Source: a virus
Virus record (IMG/VR): IMGVR_UViG_3300036770_001978
Coordinates: 3,753 to 67,752 of that record
Length of the DNA: 64,000 bases
Direction: 5' to 3' (one strand)
In this document: piece after piece, positions 29,101-38,426 of the stretch
How the letters are laid out: each line of letters starts with the position of its first letter
Numbering within the stretch: position 1 is the first letter of the stretch
Program-made: the position numbers and the translations under genes
The notes under the pieces: model-generated
Database searches by the model: none
The model's input: the letters and a program-made list of their open reading frames with translations, nothing else
What the model was told of the DNA's origin: nothing

Positions 29101-30019
29101 CAAGCCGTCTGGTCGCCGCAAGCCCGCCACCGCCGAAGACGCCAAACTGGACGCCTCCGACACGGAAATCGCGGACGTGCAGGGCGACCCCTCGCCTGCC
29201 TCTCTGGGTAATCGCGACGAAATCCTGAAGGCGATTGAACAAGAAGGGCAAGAGGTCTTCGACCAGACCTACCGGGACTTGATCGACAGTGGCGATGGCG
29301 AAGACGAGGCTAGAGCCCGCGCCACCAAAGCCAGCAACACGTACATGGAGGAGCAAAGGCAGGTCCGCATCAAGCCCGTGACGGGCGATCCGGCCCCCGC
29401 CGATGCGGCACCGGCAAAGCCTGCCGGGCGTGGTCGTGGCGGGCGGTCGAAGCCCAAGCCGCAGCCTGCTGCCGCCGACAGCACCGCTACAGCGCAGCCT
29501 GCCGACGCCAGCAAGCCGACGCCCCAGCCTGCGTCTGCCAGTGACCCAATCGACCCCGTGCGAGGCGACGGCTCCCGGCCCGTCACGCTGGCCGACGAAG
29601 ACCAGATGGATCTCCCGGCGGCAGCGGACGATGGCCCGAAGACCGAGCCGTCCGCAGACGGTACGTCTCAGCAGCCTGCTGCACCGGCCAAGAAACAGGG
29701 GTGGAGCCGAACGGCCAAGATCGCAGCCGGAACGACGGCGGTCGTCGGCGGTGGTCTTGGCATTTTGGCTCGGATCAACAGCGGTGGCGGCAGCGGCACC
29801 ATCGACATCCCCATTCCTCCGGGTGGTGGTGGCGGAGGTGGCGGTCCTGGCAGCGGAGACTTCTACCCGATTCCTGTGAATACCGATGGTGCGTCCCTAA
29901 TGGACGGCACGCTTTCCCAAGAAGCGGCCATCCAGCGGGCGCTCGACCGGATTCGGGGCGCTCGGGCCAGTGGGCCGCAGACCTACCAGACCTTGCAGAA
30001 CTACACGATTGGAAGGTGA
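26129..30019 (+). CDS. Large putative internal virion/ejection protein (1296 aa)
   Basis: Long Ala/Pro-rich ORF in the post-tail block. No catalytic motif recognised. Confidence 0.6.
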   Translation: MASPSALRLRQLQQAAKDAAARAAMQEAALVGRRQRSLPKPRAVPVEGAPMYLEPSAGEVPRGPVGVGTTDTPPLPADDVLRFSEIDPEDVPGMYELLRKLGNEGPNALLPEEVLALTRAGADLDLVMAGPIPQSQVQAILRKVANQGIDSLTPEEIAGLRRTTGTPEFTGPSTAPSQEVAPAVSGRRPFAQQGAGGPLVGEDGSVVVPLEENTDLFKYPDGTVVDVEGNVIGSAPGDLTDVSSMADDLENSATPIDTDATDPSNNLTPNFVRQDKVDSLAERIRQATARANDEPIAGLARLQKEVTSLSPAELEALRSHPMLAEGIESVAAKRNPEARQAAIANAQARLDSLAQMAEVRASDRAAGQLRAAAAARDTAAAPRPAAESVIPEGDWNALTSAFNALPAERKAAVLSRMPQARSLDGLLDTSTGEPTFTPNAQAQLSRGINEMDDALIRLDAAMRSGDEAAITAARDTVMDIQTRPMPEDERTAMLDAAKQAFLQRQQTAAALRNAIIGTDPLSLMPAPRPGIAPGSRTPVVATGEVERADMPSALDEAVAVARDREEMLGKRVAGGGLTEAQRKLIFEGKTTPLAFKGDDTANPLEVRPVRERLPDTDDENAIRAAQEADANLKAALDEMQKAEGAPALARAQKKVEEAQRAIDKAYPPRLVHQATGRVRSVPRGMTSADVPKGWVMERGRAARPDSSLARESIQSVRDNFILTVVGGRPKVESNIDRASVDLSPSERAVMNDDMRRSLGESFATDDVIPESPDDDIVPLGKQGKRGRMGSTQQQSRVQGALRGLYGTHNPLGLATPGEGPELGPFPVFRTAEEAADDLLAGQTVFKPGTASYDYAREKLANAINDYYGPNSLNTSSRSATGQQLAQEQNVDMPSKFKGDRKGTRQEPSQVPVVQNTWPEGSMRQLAASGPGPARTNTAGAAPTPERDPYVSAADSPDLSKFPSRKRSPSVTSADLEAERFPDEDGKPIRGNKPSGRRKPATAEDAKLDASDTEIADVQGDPSPASLGNRDEILKAIEQEGQEVFDQTYRDLIDSGDGEDEARARATKASNTYMEEQRQVRIKPVTGDPAPADAAPAKPAGRGRGGRSKPKPQPAAADSTATAQPADASKPTPQPASASDPIDPVRGDGSRPVTLADEDQMDLPAAADDGPKTEPSADGTSQQPAAPAKKQGWSRTAKIAAGTTAVVGGGLGILARINSGGGSGTIDIPIPPGGGGGGGGPGSGDFYPIPVNTDGASLMDGTLSQEAAIQRALDRIRGARASGPQTYQTLQNYTIGR

Positions 30020-30022
30020 GTG

Positions 30023-32080
30023 ATGGCGAACGAGACGCCCCAGATTGACGAAGCCCAGTTCGCTGACATGTTCAAGCGGCAGTATCTTGCGCGTGAGGCT
30101 CGCCGCACGGAGGAGCGTGCGTCTCGGGTGCGTGAACTGCAAGCGGCCCAGCGCCAGTTGGCGGCAGAGCGTGCCGCGCGAAAGCGGCAGGCCGACGACC
30201 CGTTGCTGATGCCGGAAGATGGCAGTGCGCCGCCGCAGGAGACGCTCGTTCTCCCGAACCCGACGCCCTATTCCAAGCCGTCGTCGAGGCCGTCTCCTGC
30301 CGCACGGGCTGCTCGTGTGGAGACGAGCCCTGTGGCGAGCGACAACTGGGGGCACTCCGCCGCAGCATCCGACGCCCGCGCTGCTGTTGCCGCCACGACC
30401 GATCCGACGAACCCACTGGGCCTGCCGCCTGCGGATGTCTTGAGCATGGACATTCCTGCGCCCACGCCCAAGACCGGGCTGGACGCCATGCCGACGCCGC
30501 CTGCCTACAGCAAGGCTCCGGTTCACAGTGGCCGCAGTCCCGTTCCTGGCTGGAATCTGCCTCCCGAGTCCGGAACGCTTCCTGGCGAAGAACAGGTCAC
30601 GTCTATGGACGTGTTCAGGCGTCTCTCTGCGAGAGAGCAGGGGGCCATCCGCCAGCAGTACGAGCGAGGATCGCACGCTGACGCAGAGAGTTTTGAGGAC
30701 TATCTGGGATTCAAGTACGGCGACCTTCCGCCCACCAAGCGGGAGGCTGCGATGCGGGCGGAGTATGGTTCGCCGTCCGACCTCAGCCCGCTTGCCCAGC
30801 AGCGTCGGGCAGCAGGCAAGCCCTTGCCGGAGGGACTCAAGCCCGGCGTGTACACGCCTGAGCAGATGCGCGGCATGTCTCGCGACATTTACGCTCCGGA
30901 GGTGCCGCAGACGTATCACGGCGGCACGTTCACGTACAACGTGGACGGCTCGATGTCGTCTCGTGCGGCTGAAGACTTCCGCCTCAAGGACGCCGAGAAG
31001 GCAGCGGCCTACGCTGGCGAGGGGAGTTTTGCACACAACCGTGCGCTCGGCAAGGCGTACGGCATCGACGTGTCGCAGTACGACGGCACCAAGCCGGAAG
31101 ATCAGGCGTTGCTCGCCGCTGACGTGGCCCGCGAGAAGGAGCGGCACGACCGGCTGGCGAACAAGTACGACACGGTTCGCACGCCGATGGGCGGCACTCG
31201 CTATGCCGCCAATCCCGAGAAGATGGCAAAGGCCCGCCTCGACAATGAGGCGCAGATGAGCCCGCAGCGCAAGCAGGAGTTCGCCCGCACGATCTTGCAG
31301 CGGTACGGCCGCATGCTGTCCGATCAGGACCGTGCCAACATCTCCACCTACATCCAGACTCCGGATGGCTTCACCCGCCTCCGCGAACTGAACGAGATGA
31401 AGCGGATGGAGTTGGCGGACAAGGGTGCGCAGTCCTGGCGTGACCGGCAGGCCAACTTCCGCATGACGACAGACCTGCGGAACCCCAACCTCGCTCCCGG
31501 CATGGCCGTCCGGTCGCTGATCGAGGCGGTGCGGGCGGGCGATCCCGTCATGCTCGCCACTATCAATGACATCGCCGGGAACCCGCGTGGTGCCCAGCGG
31601 GCGATGGACTTGGCGATGGGCGAACGTGCCGGTGCGGCTGCGTTGGCACAGGCCGAGATGGCTGCACGCAATGGCGGGGCGCAGGCGGATCCGACTCTTG
31701 GCGCTCAGTGGGATAGGGAAATGCAGGACGCGCTTGGCGGCGATCCCGCCGGGCGACACGACCGGGTTCGCAATCTCGTCGCCCGCAACCCTGCAAACGC
31801 TGGCATGGAACCCGCCATGATCGAGGCACAGACGCAGGAGATCATCGCCGCGCACGAGTATCGGACCGTTGGCCCTACTAGCCCAGTCCTGCAAGGTCAT
31901 CTGCAACGCTTGCGTTCCAACAAGGCTGCGTTCATTCGCTTTGTCGTGGATCGCATGCTGCTTTCTCCGGAACAGGCCGAGAAGATGTACATGGGCGGGC
32001 GGGTAGACGTTGCGACAGCGCTCGGGGAACTGGGGCCGCAGGCGTGGACTGGGGCGCCATCACCAACTCCGGCACGGTGA
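30023..32080 (+). CDS. Putative internal virion/ejection protein
   Basis: 685 aa, helical, co-oriented and tightly packed. Confidence 0.6.
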   Translation: MANETPQIDEAQFADMFKRQYLAREARRTEERASRVRELQAAQRQLAAERAARKRQADDPLLMPEDGSAPPQETLVLPNPTPYSKPSSRPSPAARAARVETSPVASDNWGHSAAASDARAAVAATTDPTNPLGLPPADVLSMDIPAPTPKTGLDAMPTPPAYSKAPVHSGRSPVPGWNLPPESGTLPGEEQVTSMDVFRRLSAREQGAIRQQYERGSHADAESFEDYLGFKYGDLPPTKREAAMRAEYGSPSDLSPLAQQRRAAGKPLPEGLKPGVYTPEQMRGMSRDIYAPEVPQTYHGGTFTYNVDGSMSSRAAEDFRLKDAEKAAAYAGEGSFAHNRALGKAYGIDVSQYDGTKPEDQALLAADVAREKERHDRLANKYDTVRTPMGGTRYAANPEKMAKARLDNEAQMSPQRKQEFARTILQRYGRMLSDQDRANISTYIQTPDGFTRLRELNEMKRMELADKGAQSWRDRQANFRMTTDLRNPNLAPGMAVRSLIEAVRAGDPVMLATINDIAGNPRGAQRAMDLAMGERAGAAALAQAEMAARNGGAQADPTLGAQWDREMQDALGGDPAGRHDRVRNLVARNPANAGMEPAMIEAQTQEIIAAHEYRTVGPTSPVLQGHLQRLRSNKAAFIRFVVDRMLLSPEQAEKMYMGGRVDVATALGELGPQAWTGAPSPTPAR

Positions 32081-32086
32081 CGCACA

Positions 32087-35000
32087 ATGGCCTCCATGTT
32101 CCCGGACGGGCTGTTTCCGCAGGAGCGCAAGCGTTCTCGCGGATACATCCCGCTGCTTGACGACGCCTTGCTGGCTGACGAGCCGGTCGAGGAAGATGCC
32201 GTCACGCCGCAGGAGCGAGCCTCCGTTCTGTCAGAGATTGGTGCCGTAACCGGCGGCACACTGTCCCGAGTCGGTGATGCACTCGCGGCGCCCGGCGACT
32301 ACCTGCGTGGTGCCCTTGCTGGCAAGACGGGCGAGCGGGTCACGGGCCGGGAACTGAACCGGATGGCCGGGCTGGCTGGGCCAGAGGACAACTGGTTCAA
32401 CTTCGCGGGCGGGCTGGCAACCGAACTCGTCACCGATCCGTTGTCCATGCTCAGTGGTGCGTCCAGAGCCCTGACCCCAGCCGGTAAGGCTGCGGCGAAG
32501 TTGGCTGGGCCTGTTGGAAGCCTGCTCGATACGGCCCCGACTGCCCTGACCCGGAAGGCGATCTCCACCGGGATGGCCGACGATCTCCTGCCAGCCGTCG
32601 CCAGACGCACCAAGAAGCAACTGGAGGCCACTGGACGGACGCTCAGTACCTTTGACCCGGCAACCATCGGTCGGCCGCTGTACGGCACCAGGACGGCTCG
32701 CAGGGCAGGGACGCTGGACGACCTCATCAAGTACGCCGACGACCCGAAGGCGGCGGAGGAGTCTGCCCGCCAGTTGCTTGGGGACGCCCAACTTGCCCAG
32801 ATTCGCAACCAGCCGCTCGCCAAGTCCTTTGGCTTGGGCCTGCCGCTGGGCGATCCGCTGGTGGTGGGCGACTGGCTTGGGAAGGGCTTTGGCGACACAT
32901 ACGCCGACGTGCTGGACTCCGTTGGTCAGGCGTACCGCTGGAGTCCTCTTGGTCGCGGGATGGCTGCGGGCTTTGACGCCCGCGTCGGCGGCAAGATCGA
33001 CGCAGAGGAGCAGATCACAAACATCGCCAACTTCCAGGCCCGCAAGGTTGGCGGTGGTGCGGCGACGGCCGAACACACCCTGCAACTGGCCCGCCTACAG
33101 CAAGCCCACCCAGAGGTGTTTGGCGACGAGACTGGGAACCGCGCACTGGGCCGATACGTCGAGGGGCCGAACGCCAGGACTCCTGCCGATGTGGCCTATG
33201 TGGAGAGCCGTCCGCAACTCAAGGCATACGCCGACTGGTGGATGACAAACCGCGAACGCATGCTCAGTGAGTCGCGGCAGATGGGACTCAACGCTGCCCC
33301 GCTGACCGATGCGTACGGCATCGAGTACCTGCCACGCCGAGCCGAAGCGTCCCTGGAGATGGAGGCTCGCAGCAACCGGAAGGTCGGTGACGCCCTGTCC
33401 GCGTTCACCACCGACGCCCTGCGGCGGACCGATGCCATGCAGGTTCCAGGAGGCCGGGACACGATCATCGACCTGTCTCGTGACACGCAGGTGTCAGGCG
33501 GCAAGCGGCTGCTCACCAACGACGAGGATGCCGCCGCGTACATTCGCGACAAACTGAACGCGATGGTCAGTCCCGGCCAGCCGCAGGTCGGCATTTCGCA
33601 GGCTCGCCACATTGCTCGCATCCTCAACAAACTCCCAGACAACGTGGTGCAGAAGGCACCGCTGTTCGGCCAGCATCCGACCGAGATGATCGGTTCGTAC
33701 ATGCGAAACAAGGGCGAGTCGCTGGGAACGGCGCGGACGCTCTACGATTCGCTCGCCACGTTCGCCGTGAACGAGCCGTACAACACGGTGTCTGGCGGAA
33801 GGCACATCTCCCTTCAGACGGCCCTCCAGCGACTCGGACTCAAGACGTACGACGACGCACTGGACGACATCTTTGAGGTGCTGCCGGATGGCACGTCTCG
33901 CACGATCCCGCAGCAGCAGGGAGCCGCCGCCCAGATGCGGGAGCGGCTCGCCAATTTGTTGGGCAAGGACGCCGACGAGATCAACCTCAATCAGTTCTCC
34001 ATCCCGGAAGAACACATCAACCGGCTGACTCGTGCCAAAGACCTGTACAGCACTGGCGAGGCGTCTGGCGCGTTTCTGAAGTACCTCGACTCCTACACGC
34101 AGGCATGGCGTGGCTCGATCTTGGCGTGGCCCTCACGAGCAGTGCGCGATCTGTATTCGGGAGCGCTTAGCAACTGGCTGGAAGGGGCGCTCGACCTGGA
34201 TTCCGTCCGTGCCGCAAAGGCGCTGGTCATGGAAGGCCCAGACAGCGAGAAGTTCCGCCGCACGCTCGCCTCCATTCCCCGCTACGCCAACGACGACGGG
34301 CTGGCCCAGTTCTACGCCGACCTATCCAGCACCGGCCTTGTCAGTAGCGGCTCGGTCAGCGACCTGAGTGCCAGCGTCACCGGCCAGCGGGCACTGGACA
34401 ACATCATCGGATCCGACCCGATCAGCATGTCGTCCATCGGCCGCGAACTGGGCAAGGGATGGAATCGGCAGGACTTCTTCAACTGGCGATCCAAACTCAA
34501 CCCGCTGGCCGAGCAGACCAATCCACTGCTGCGTGCAGGCGAGCGGTTGAACTCCCTGAGCGATGGCGTCAACCGCCTCACCGGATACCTGTCGCTGCTC
34601 AAGCAGGGATACGATCCGATGGCTGCGGCGGCAGCGATGAAACGCGCCCACGTCGATTACTCATCCCTATCCGGGATGGAGAAATCGCTGCTGAAGGCGG
34701 TTTTTCCCTGGTACTCGTACCAGAGCAGGATTTTCCGCGAAGTGCTGCGGCAACTCGCAGAGCGGCCGGGCGGGCGGTACGGACAACTCATCCGCGCCAC
34801 CGAAGCGGTGCAGGACGAGGGCGAGGACACCTACATCCCGTCTGGCCTGCGGTCGCAGTTCGCCTTCCCGATCCCGGAGGTGTTCGGCGGCGTTCCTGCG
34901 CCGGGCACGCAGACCTACTTGACCGACATCGACGCACCGGGCTTCGACCAGATCAACATGATCGAGACTCCGGGAACGATTGGCGGCATGGCGTCTGGGA

Positions 35001-35566
35001 CGGCACGGCAGATCGCCATGCAGACGCATCCCGGCATCCGCATGATCGCGGAGGCGGCGTTTGGCAAAGACCTGTTCACCAACCGCCCGCTCTCCGAAGC
35101 GACCTCCTCGCTCGACGCCATCGCTCGTGCCGTGAGCGGCAACCCGTACGCTGACGTGCCAACCGTCATCGAGAAGCCCGTCGAGTCCCTGCCGTTCGTT
35201 GGCCGTCCGCTGTACGTCGCCCGCTCGCTGCTCGATGATCGCGGAGGTCAGTCGCTCTCGCATCGCGTCGGCAAGACCACCTTGAATGCCCTGTCCGGAA
35301 TCAAGATCCGTGACGTGGCCCAGCAAGACGCTCTCGCGGATGCCGTGCGGCAGATCGAGGAGTCCATCGACCCGTACACCCGTGAGTTCAAACAGACCTA
35401 CATCCCCGAGCATCTCCAGCCGGGCGTGCCGCAGTGGGCGTTGCAGCGGATGGCCGTCTCCCGAGCGCTTGGTCGCGAACGTCGCGAGGCTCGGAAGAAG
35501 GTCGGCGAGAAGAAGAAGCCCAAGAAGCGGAAGTCGGACACCAGTGGCATCTCCCTATTTGAGTAG
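32087..35566 (+). CDS. Large ejection/DNA-transfer protein (1159 aa)
   Basis: GLA.EL.TDPL N-terminus. A.....H.DYS.LS..EK..L...FPWYSY pattern of large podophage ejected proteins. Confidence 0.65.
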   Translation: MASMFPDGLFPQERKRSRGYIPLLDDALLADEPVEEDAVTPQERASVLSEIGAVTGGTLSRVGDALAAPGDYLRGALAGKTGERVTGRELNRMAGLAGPEDNWFNFAGGLATELVTDPLSMLSGASRALTPAGKAAAKLAGPVGSLLDTAPTALTRKAISTGMADDLLPAVARRTKKQLEATGRTLSTFDPATIGRPLYGTRTARRAGTLDDLIKYADDPKAAEESARQLLGDAQLAQIRNQPLAKSFGLGLPLGDPLVVGDWLGKGFGDTYADVLDSVGQAYRWSPLGRGMAAGFDARVGGKIDAEEQITNIANFQARKVGGGAATAEHTLQLARLQQAHPEVFGDETGNRALGRYVEGPNARTPADVAYVESRPQLKAYADWWMTNRERMLSESRQMGLNAAPLTDAYGIEYLPRRAEASLEMEARSNRKVGDALSAFTTDALRRTDAMQVPGGRDTIIDLSRDTQVSGGKRLLTNDEDAAAYIRDKLNAMVSPGQPQVGISQARHIARILNKLPDNVVQKAPLFGQHPTEMIGSYMRNKGESLGTARTLYDSLATFAVNEPYNTVSGGRHISLQTALQRLGLKTYDDALDDIFEVLPDGTSRTIPQQQGAAAQMRERLANLLGKDADEINLNQFSIPEEHINRLTRAKDLYSTGEASGAFLKYLDSYTQAWRGSILAWPSRAVRDLYSGALSNWLEGALDLDSVRAAKALVMEGPDSEKFRRTLASIPRYANDDGLAQFYADLSSTGLVSSGSVSDLSASVTGQRALDNIIGSDPISMSSIGRELGKGWNRQDFFNWRSKLNPLAEQTNPLLRAGERLNSLSDGVNRLTGYLSLLKQGYDPMAAAAAMKRAHVDYSSLSGMEKSLLKAVFPWYSYQSRIFREVLRQLAERPGGRYGQLIRATEAVQDEGEDTYIPSGLRSQFAFPIPEVFGGVPAPGTQTYLTDIDAPGFDQINMIETPGTIGGMASGTARQIAMQTHPGIRMIAEAAFGKDLFTNRPLSEATSSLDAIARAVSGNPYADVPTVIEKPVESLPFVGRPLYVARSLLDDRGGQSLSHRVGKTTLNALSGIKIRDVAQQDALADAVRQIEESIDPYTREFKQTYIPEHLQPGVPQWALQRMAVSRALGRERREARKKVGEKKKPKKRKSDTSGISLFE

Positions 35567-36379
35567 CGCCGGCACGCACGGGATGTCCCTTCGCACCTGC
35601 GACCAGTCGATGTAGCACCGCTCGGCAAGTCCAGGCGTCTTGTGACCGAGATGCAGCCGACCCTTGCCGGGATTCTCCATCTCGATGTGGGTGGCCCCGC
35701 TGCGGCGTAGCCACTTCGATGAGCCCGAGAACTTGATGGAGCGCAGGTACTTCCGCATCCGCCGCCGACCTGAGTTCCTCGACATCACCCACCCCAGCAC
35801 GCGGCCATCGGGTGACCGCGCCAGCATCTCCTGGACGGCCAGCAGGCAGGGCTGGCTCATGATCTTGACGTGCGGCTCGCCGGTCTTGTGCTGCGACCAG
35901 CGGACGGTTCCGGCGTCAAGGTCGAAGTCATCTTGCCGCATCTCCCACAAGTCCCCCTGCCTCGCACCCGTTTCGTACCCCAGCAGCATCCAGCACCGCA
36001 GGAACAGGCCGACCGTCACCCGCTTCCGCCGCACCTCTTTGGTGAAGCCGAACGTCCCCTTGACAGCCGTACAGCACTGTTCTATAGTCCACGCCCGAGT
36101 CGGACGCCGGGCGACTTTGATCTTGACGATTCCGCGTGGCGGTCGATCAACTGCTTCGGTTTCGTAGGCCCATTTCCAGATGCCCACGAGAATCGCTCGC
36201 TCGGTCGCTGCGGTAATCGAAGCCACCTCGACGATTCGCTTTTGCAGATACGTGTTGATGGCATCGACTGACATGGTGCGACAGGCCGAGCAGACAGCAC
36301 GGACATTTCGGGCGTAGTCAGGACTGACGGATCGGGAGCGTAGGTATCGCTCCACCAAAACATGGAGGTTCTTGCACAT
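35555..36379 (-). CDS. Tyrosine recombinase (XerC/integrase family)
   Basis: YETGAR, QHKTG, WLRRSGAT, LGH and ERCY. The R-K-(H)xxR-H-Y set is present with W in place of the first His. Confidence 0.8.
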   Translation of the reverse strand: MCKNLHVLVERYLRSRSVSPDYARNVRAVCSACRTMSVDAINTYLQKRIVEVASITAATERAILVGIWKWAYETEAVDRPPRGIVKIKVARRPTRAWTIEQCCTAVKGTFGFTKEVRRKRVTVGLFLRCWMLLGYETGARQGDLWEMRQDDFDLDAGTVRWSQHKTGEPHVKIMSQPCLLAVQEMLARSPDGRVLGWVMSRNSGRRRMRKYLRSIKFSGSSKWLRRSGATHIEMENPGKGRLHLGHKTPGLAERCYIDWSQVRRDIPCVPALLK

Positions 36380-36487
36380 GGTTGCCCCACTTGATGTGAG
36401 GGGTGGATTTTCTGGATGCGAAACCGACTTGCAACTCGGCGGCGCATCCGGAAAGTCTGGCACCCCTCAGATGGAGCCCCTACAAGC

Positions 36488-36543
36488 AGCATGTACGGCC
36501 CGTGATTCCGGGTCGCACGAGGAGCATGTAGGGGCCGTGATTC
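36488..36543. repeat. 21-bp imperfect direct repeat between divergent genes
   Basis: AGCATGTACGGCCCGTGATTC (36488-36508) and AGCATGTAGGGGCCGTGATTC (36523-36543), 2 mismatches. Confidence 0.6.
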
Positions 36544-37358
36544 GGCGTGGAGAAGCGAACGCCGAGTATCACGCCAATGAAACCCACAGGTCGTGCAGCC
36601 GAGTCCGTACGCTCCTTGACTCGCCTGTCCTGTACTACCAGCGGTACATCGCCAAGACCCTGCCACCGTTCTCCAGCAGCGCCACCGATCACGGCACGCT
36701 GCTGCACTCGTGGCTGGAACTTGGCGACGACTTCCTTGAGTCGCTGGTCGTTCCTCCACCTTCCACCCTAACGGCCACCGGGCTCGTAGGCAAAGAAGCG
36801 GAGAAGTGGGCCAAAAACGAGGCTCCGGAAGGGGCCATTGTCGTGTCTCCGAAGGAGCGAGCCCAGATCGTCGCGGAAGTGGCGGCGATCAAGAACAACC
36901 CCGCCGCCTCTGAACTGCTGTCCAGGCCAGCCGAGCATGAACTCGGCGTGTACTGGGAGTCGTCGGACGGCCACCGGCTCAAGTGCCGGATCGACCTGCT
37001 GACTCAGGACGGCATCGTCGTTGACCTCAAGACCACCCGCGAGGCAGACATCCTCGCGGACTTCTGGAAGTCGGTGATGTCGTTCCGCTACCACCTCCAG
37101 GATGCGTGGTATCGGTGCGGGATGGAGGCGATGGGGCTGGAGCCGCAGCCGCTCCGCTTCATCGTCATCTCCACTTCTCTTCCTCACGACTGTCAGGTCG
37201 TGACTCTGCCTGCGGCTGTGGTCGCAGAAGGTCGGCGTCTCATGGATGCCGCTCTGGCTGAACTTCGTCTTCGTGAAGACCTTGACTGGTGGTTGCCGGA
37301 AACACACGGCGAGGTCGTTGAACTCCAATTTCCGGCTCATGTTCTGGGGAGAATCTGA
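36537..37358 (+). CDS. Exonuclease VIII-like PD-(D/E)XK nuclease (DUF3799/RecE C-terminal-like)
   Basis: N.EYHA, GT.LH..LE, KCRID, VDLKT, YHLQ.AWY. Start position uncertain. Confidence 0.85.
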   Translation: MIRRGEANAEYHANETHRSCSRVRTLLDSPVLYYQRYIAKTLPPFSSSATDHGTLLHSWLELGDDFLESLVVPPPSTLTATGLVGKEAEKWAKNEAPEGAIVVSPKERAQIVAEVAAIKNNPAASELLSRPAEHELGVYWESSDGHRLKCRIDLLTQDGIVVDLKTTREADILADFWKSVMSFRYHLQDAWYRCGMEAMGLEPQPLRFIVISTSLPHDCQVVTLPAAVVAEGRRLMDAALAELRLREDLDWWLPETHGEVVELQFPAHVLGRI

Positions 37359-37359
37359 A

Positions 37360-38013
37360 ATGACTTCGGTAATCGCAGAGTGGCCCGCAAGCAGCGGGCA
37401 TCTCGACAAACTGTTTGAGGCCAAGAGCAAGGCGCTGGGCGCGATGAAGAACGCACCTCGCACCAGCAAGAGCCACTTCGGCAAGTACGCCGACTTGGCG
37501 ACGGTCATCGACACGATCCGGAAGCCGCTGGCCGACAACGGCCTCGACGTGATTCAGTGCTTCGTGCCGTACGACGAGAACTACGTCATGCTGGTCACGA
37601 CGCTGGGTCACTCGTCAGGGCAGTTCATCCGGTCGTTCCTGCCCATCAAGGCATCGCTCCAGCCGCAGCAACTTGCGGCGACGGCGACCTACCTCAAGCG
37701 GGTCGAACTCGCTGCCATCGTGGGGTGTGCGGCGGAGGACGAGGACGACGGTGACACGGCACAGCGGGCCGCTATCGCATCGGCCATCACCGACGAGCCC
37801 AAGATCGAGAAGGCGCTGATCGCCAACATTCGGGCCGCGAAGGACGAGGTGGCAGTGCAGAGCGTTCTCGGCCGCGTCGAGCGGGGCGTCGAGGGTGGGC
37901 AGTTGTCGGCCGCTGCGGCGGAGCGGGTGCGGCTCGTGGCCGCTGACTGCGTGGCGAAGTTCGCCAAGCCGTCCGCCAAGAAGGAACAGCGGGAGCCGGT
38001 GGCGGCTTCTTGA
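37360..38013 (+). CDS. erf: ERF-family ssDNA annealing protein
   Basis: KYADL..V....R.PL..NGL...Q, HSSGQ, TYLKR..L.A..G..A.EDDDG. Confidence 0.88.
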   Translation: MTSVIAEWPASSGHLDKLFEAKSKALGAMKNAPRTSKSHFGKYADLATVIDTIRKPLADNGLDVIQCFVPYDENYVMLVTTLGHSSGQFIRSFLPIKASLQPQQLAATATYLKRVELAAIVGCAAEDEDDGDTAQRAAIASAITDEPKIEKALIANIRAAKDEVAVQSVLGRVERGVEGGQLSAAAAERVRLVAADCVAKFAKPSAKKEQREPVAAS

Positions 38014-38087
38014 TCGGAACTGGCAGGGAAGGGCCACCTCCTCAGCGGCACGCCGGATGCCGTCCTCCCATCCGGCACTTTCAAACC

Positions 38088-38426
38088 ATGACTCCAGACA
38101 TTCAACGCTACATCACGCTGGCTCAGGGCGTTTCAGCGCATGCCCAAGCGGAGACGCTGAATCCCGAGACGGCCGTGCAGTTTTGCAAGGTCATCCTCCC
38201 GGCATTGCTGGTGGAGATCGAACTGGCCCAGCGGGTAGACGCTCGTCTCTCGCAGATGTTCCCGGCTCCGCAGGCCCAGCCGCAGGAGTGTGCGGCGACC
38301 GTGTGCAGCAGCCGGTGGTCGGCCACGCCCTCCGACAAGTCGCGGAAGGCCAAGAAGAAGTCGGCCAAGCGTGCCACCAAGAAGTCCAAGAAGAAGGAGG
38401 GCAAGGATGTCCACGCTGCTTCGTGA
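38088..38426 (+). CDS. Hypothetical protein with basic C-terminus
   Basis: 112 aa, overlaps the helicase start. Confidence 0.55.
   Translation: MTPDIQRYITLAQGVSAHAQAETLNPETAVQFCKVILPALLVEIELAQRVDARLSQMFPAPQAQPQECAATVCSSRWSATPSDKSRKAKKKSAKRATKKSKKKEGKDVHAAS

Noticed and set aside
35555-36379. Calling the recombinase an integron integrase (intI)
   Set aside because: It is short, the IntI-specific insertion is not evident, and it lies about 30 kb from the array with no attI. Kept only as a hypothesis.
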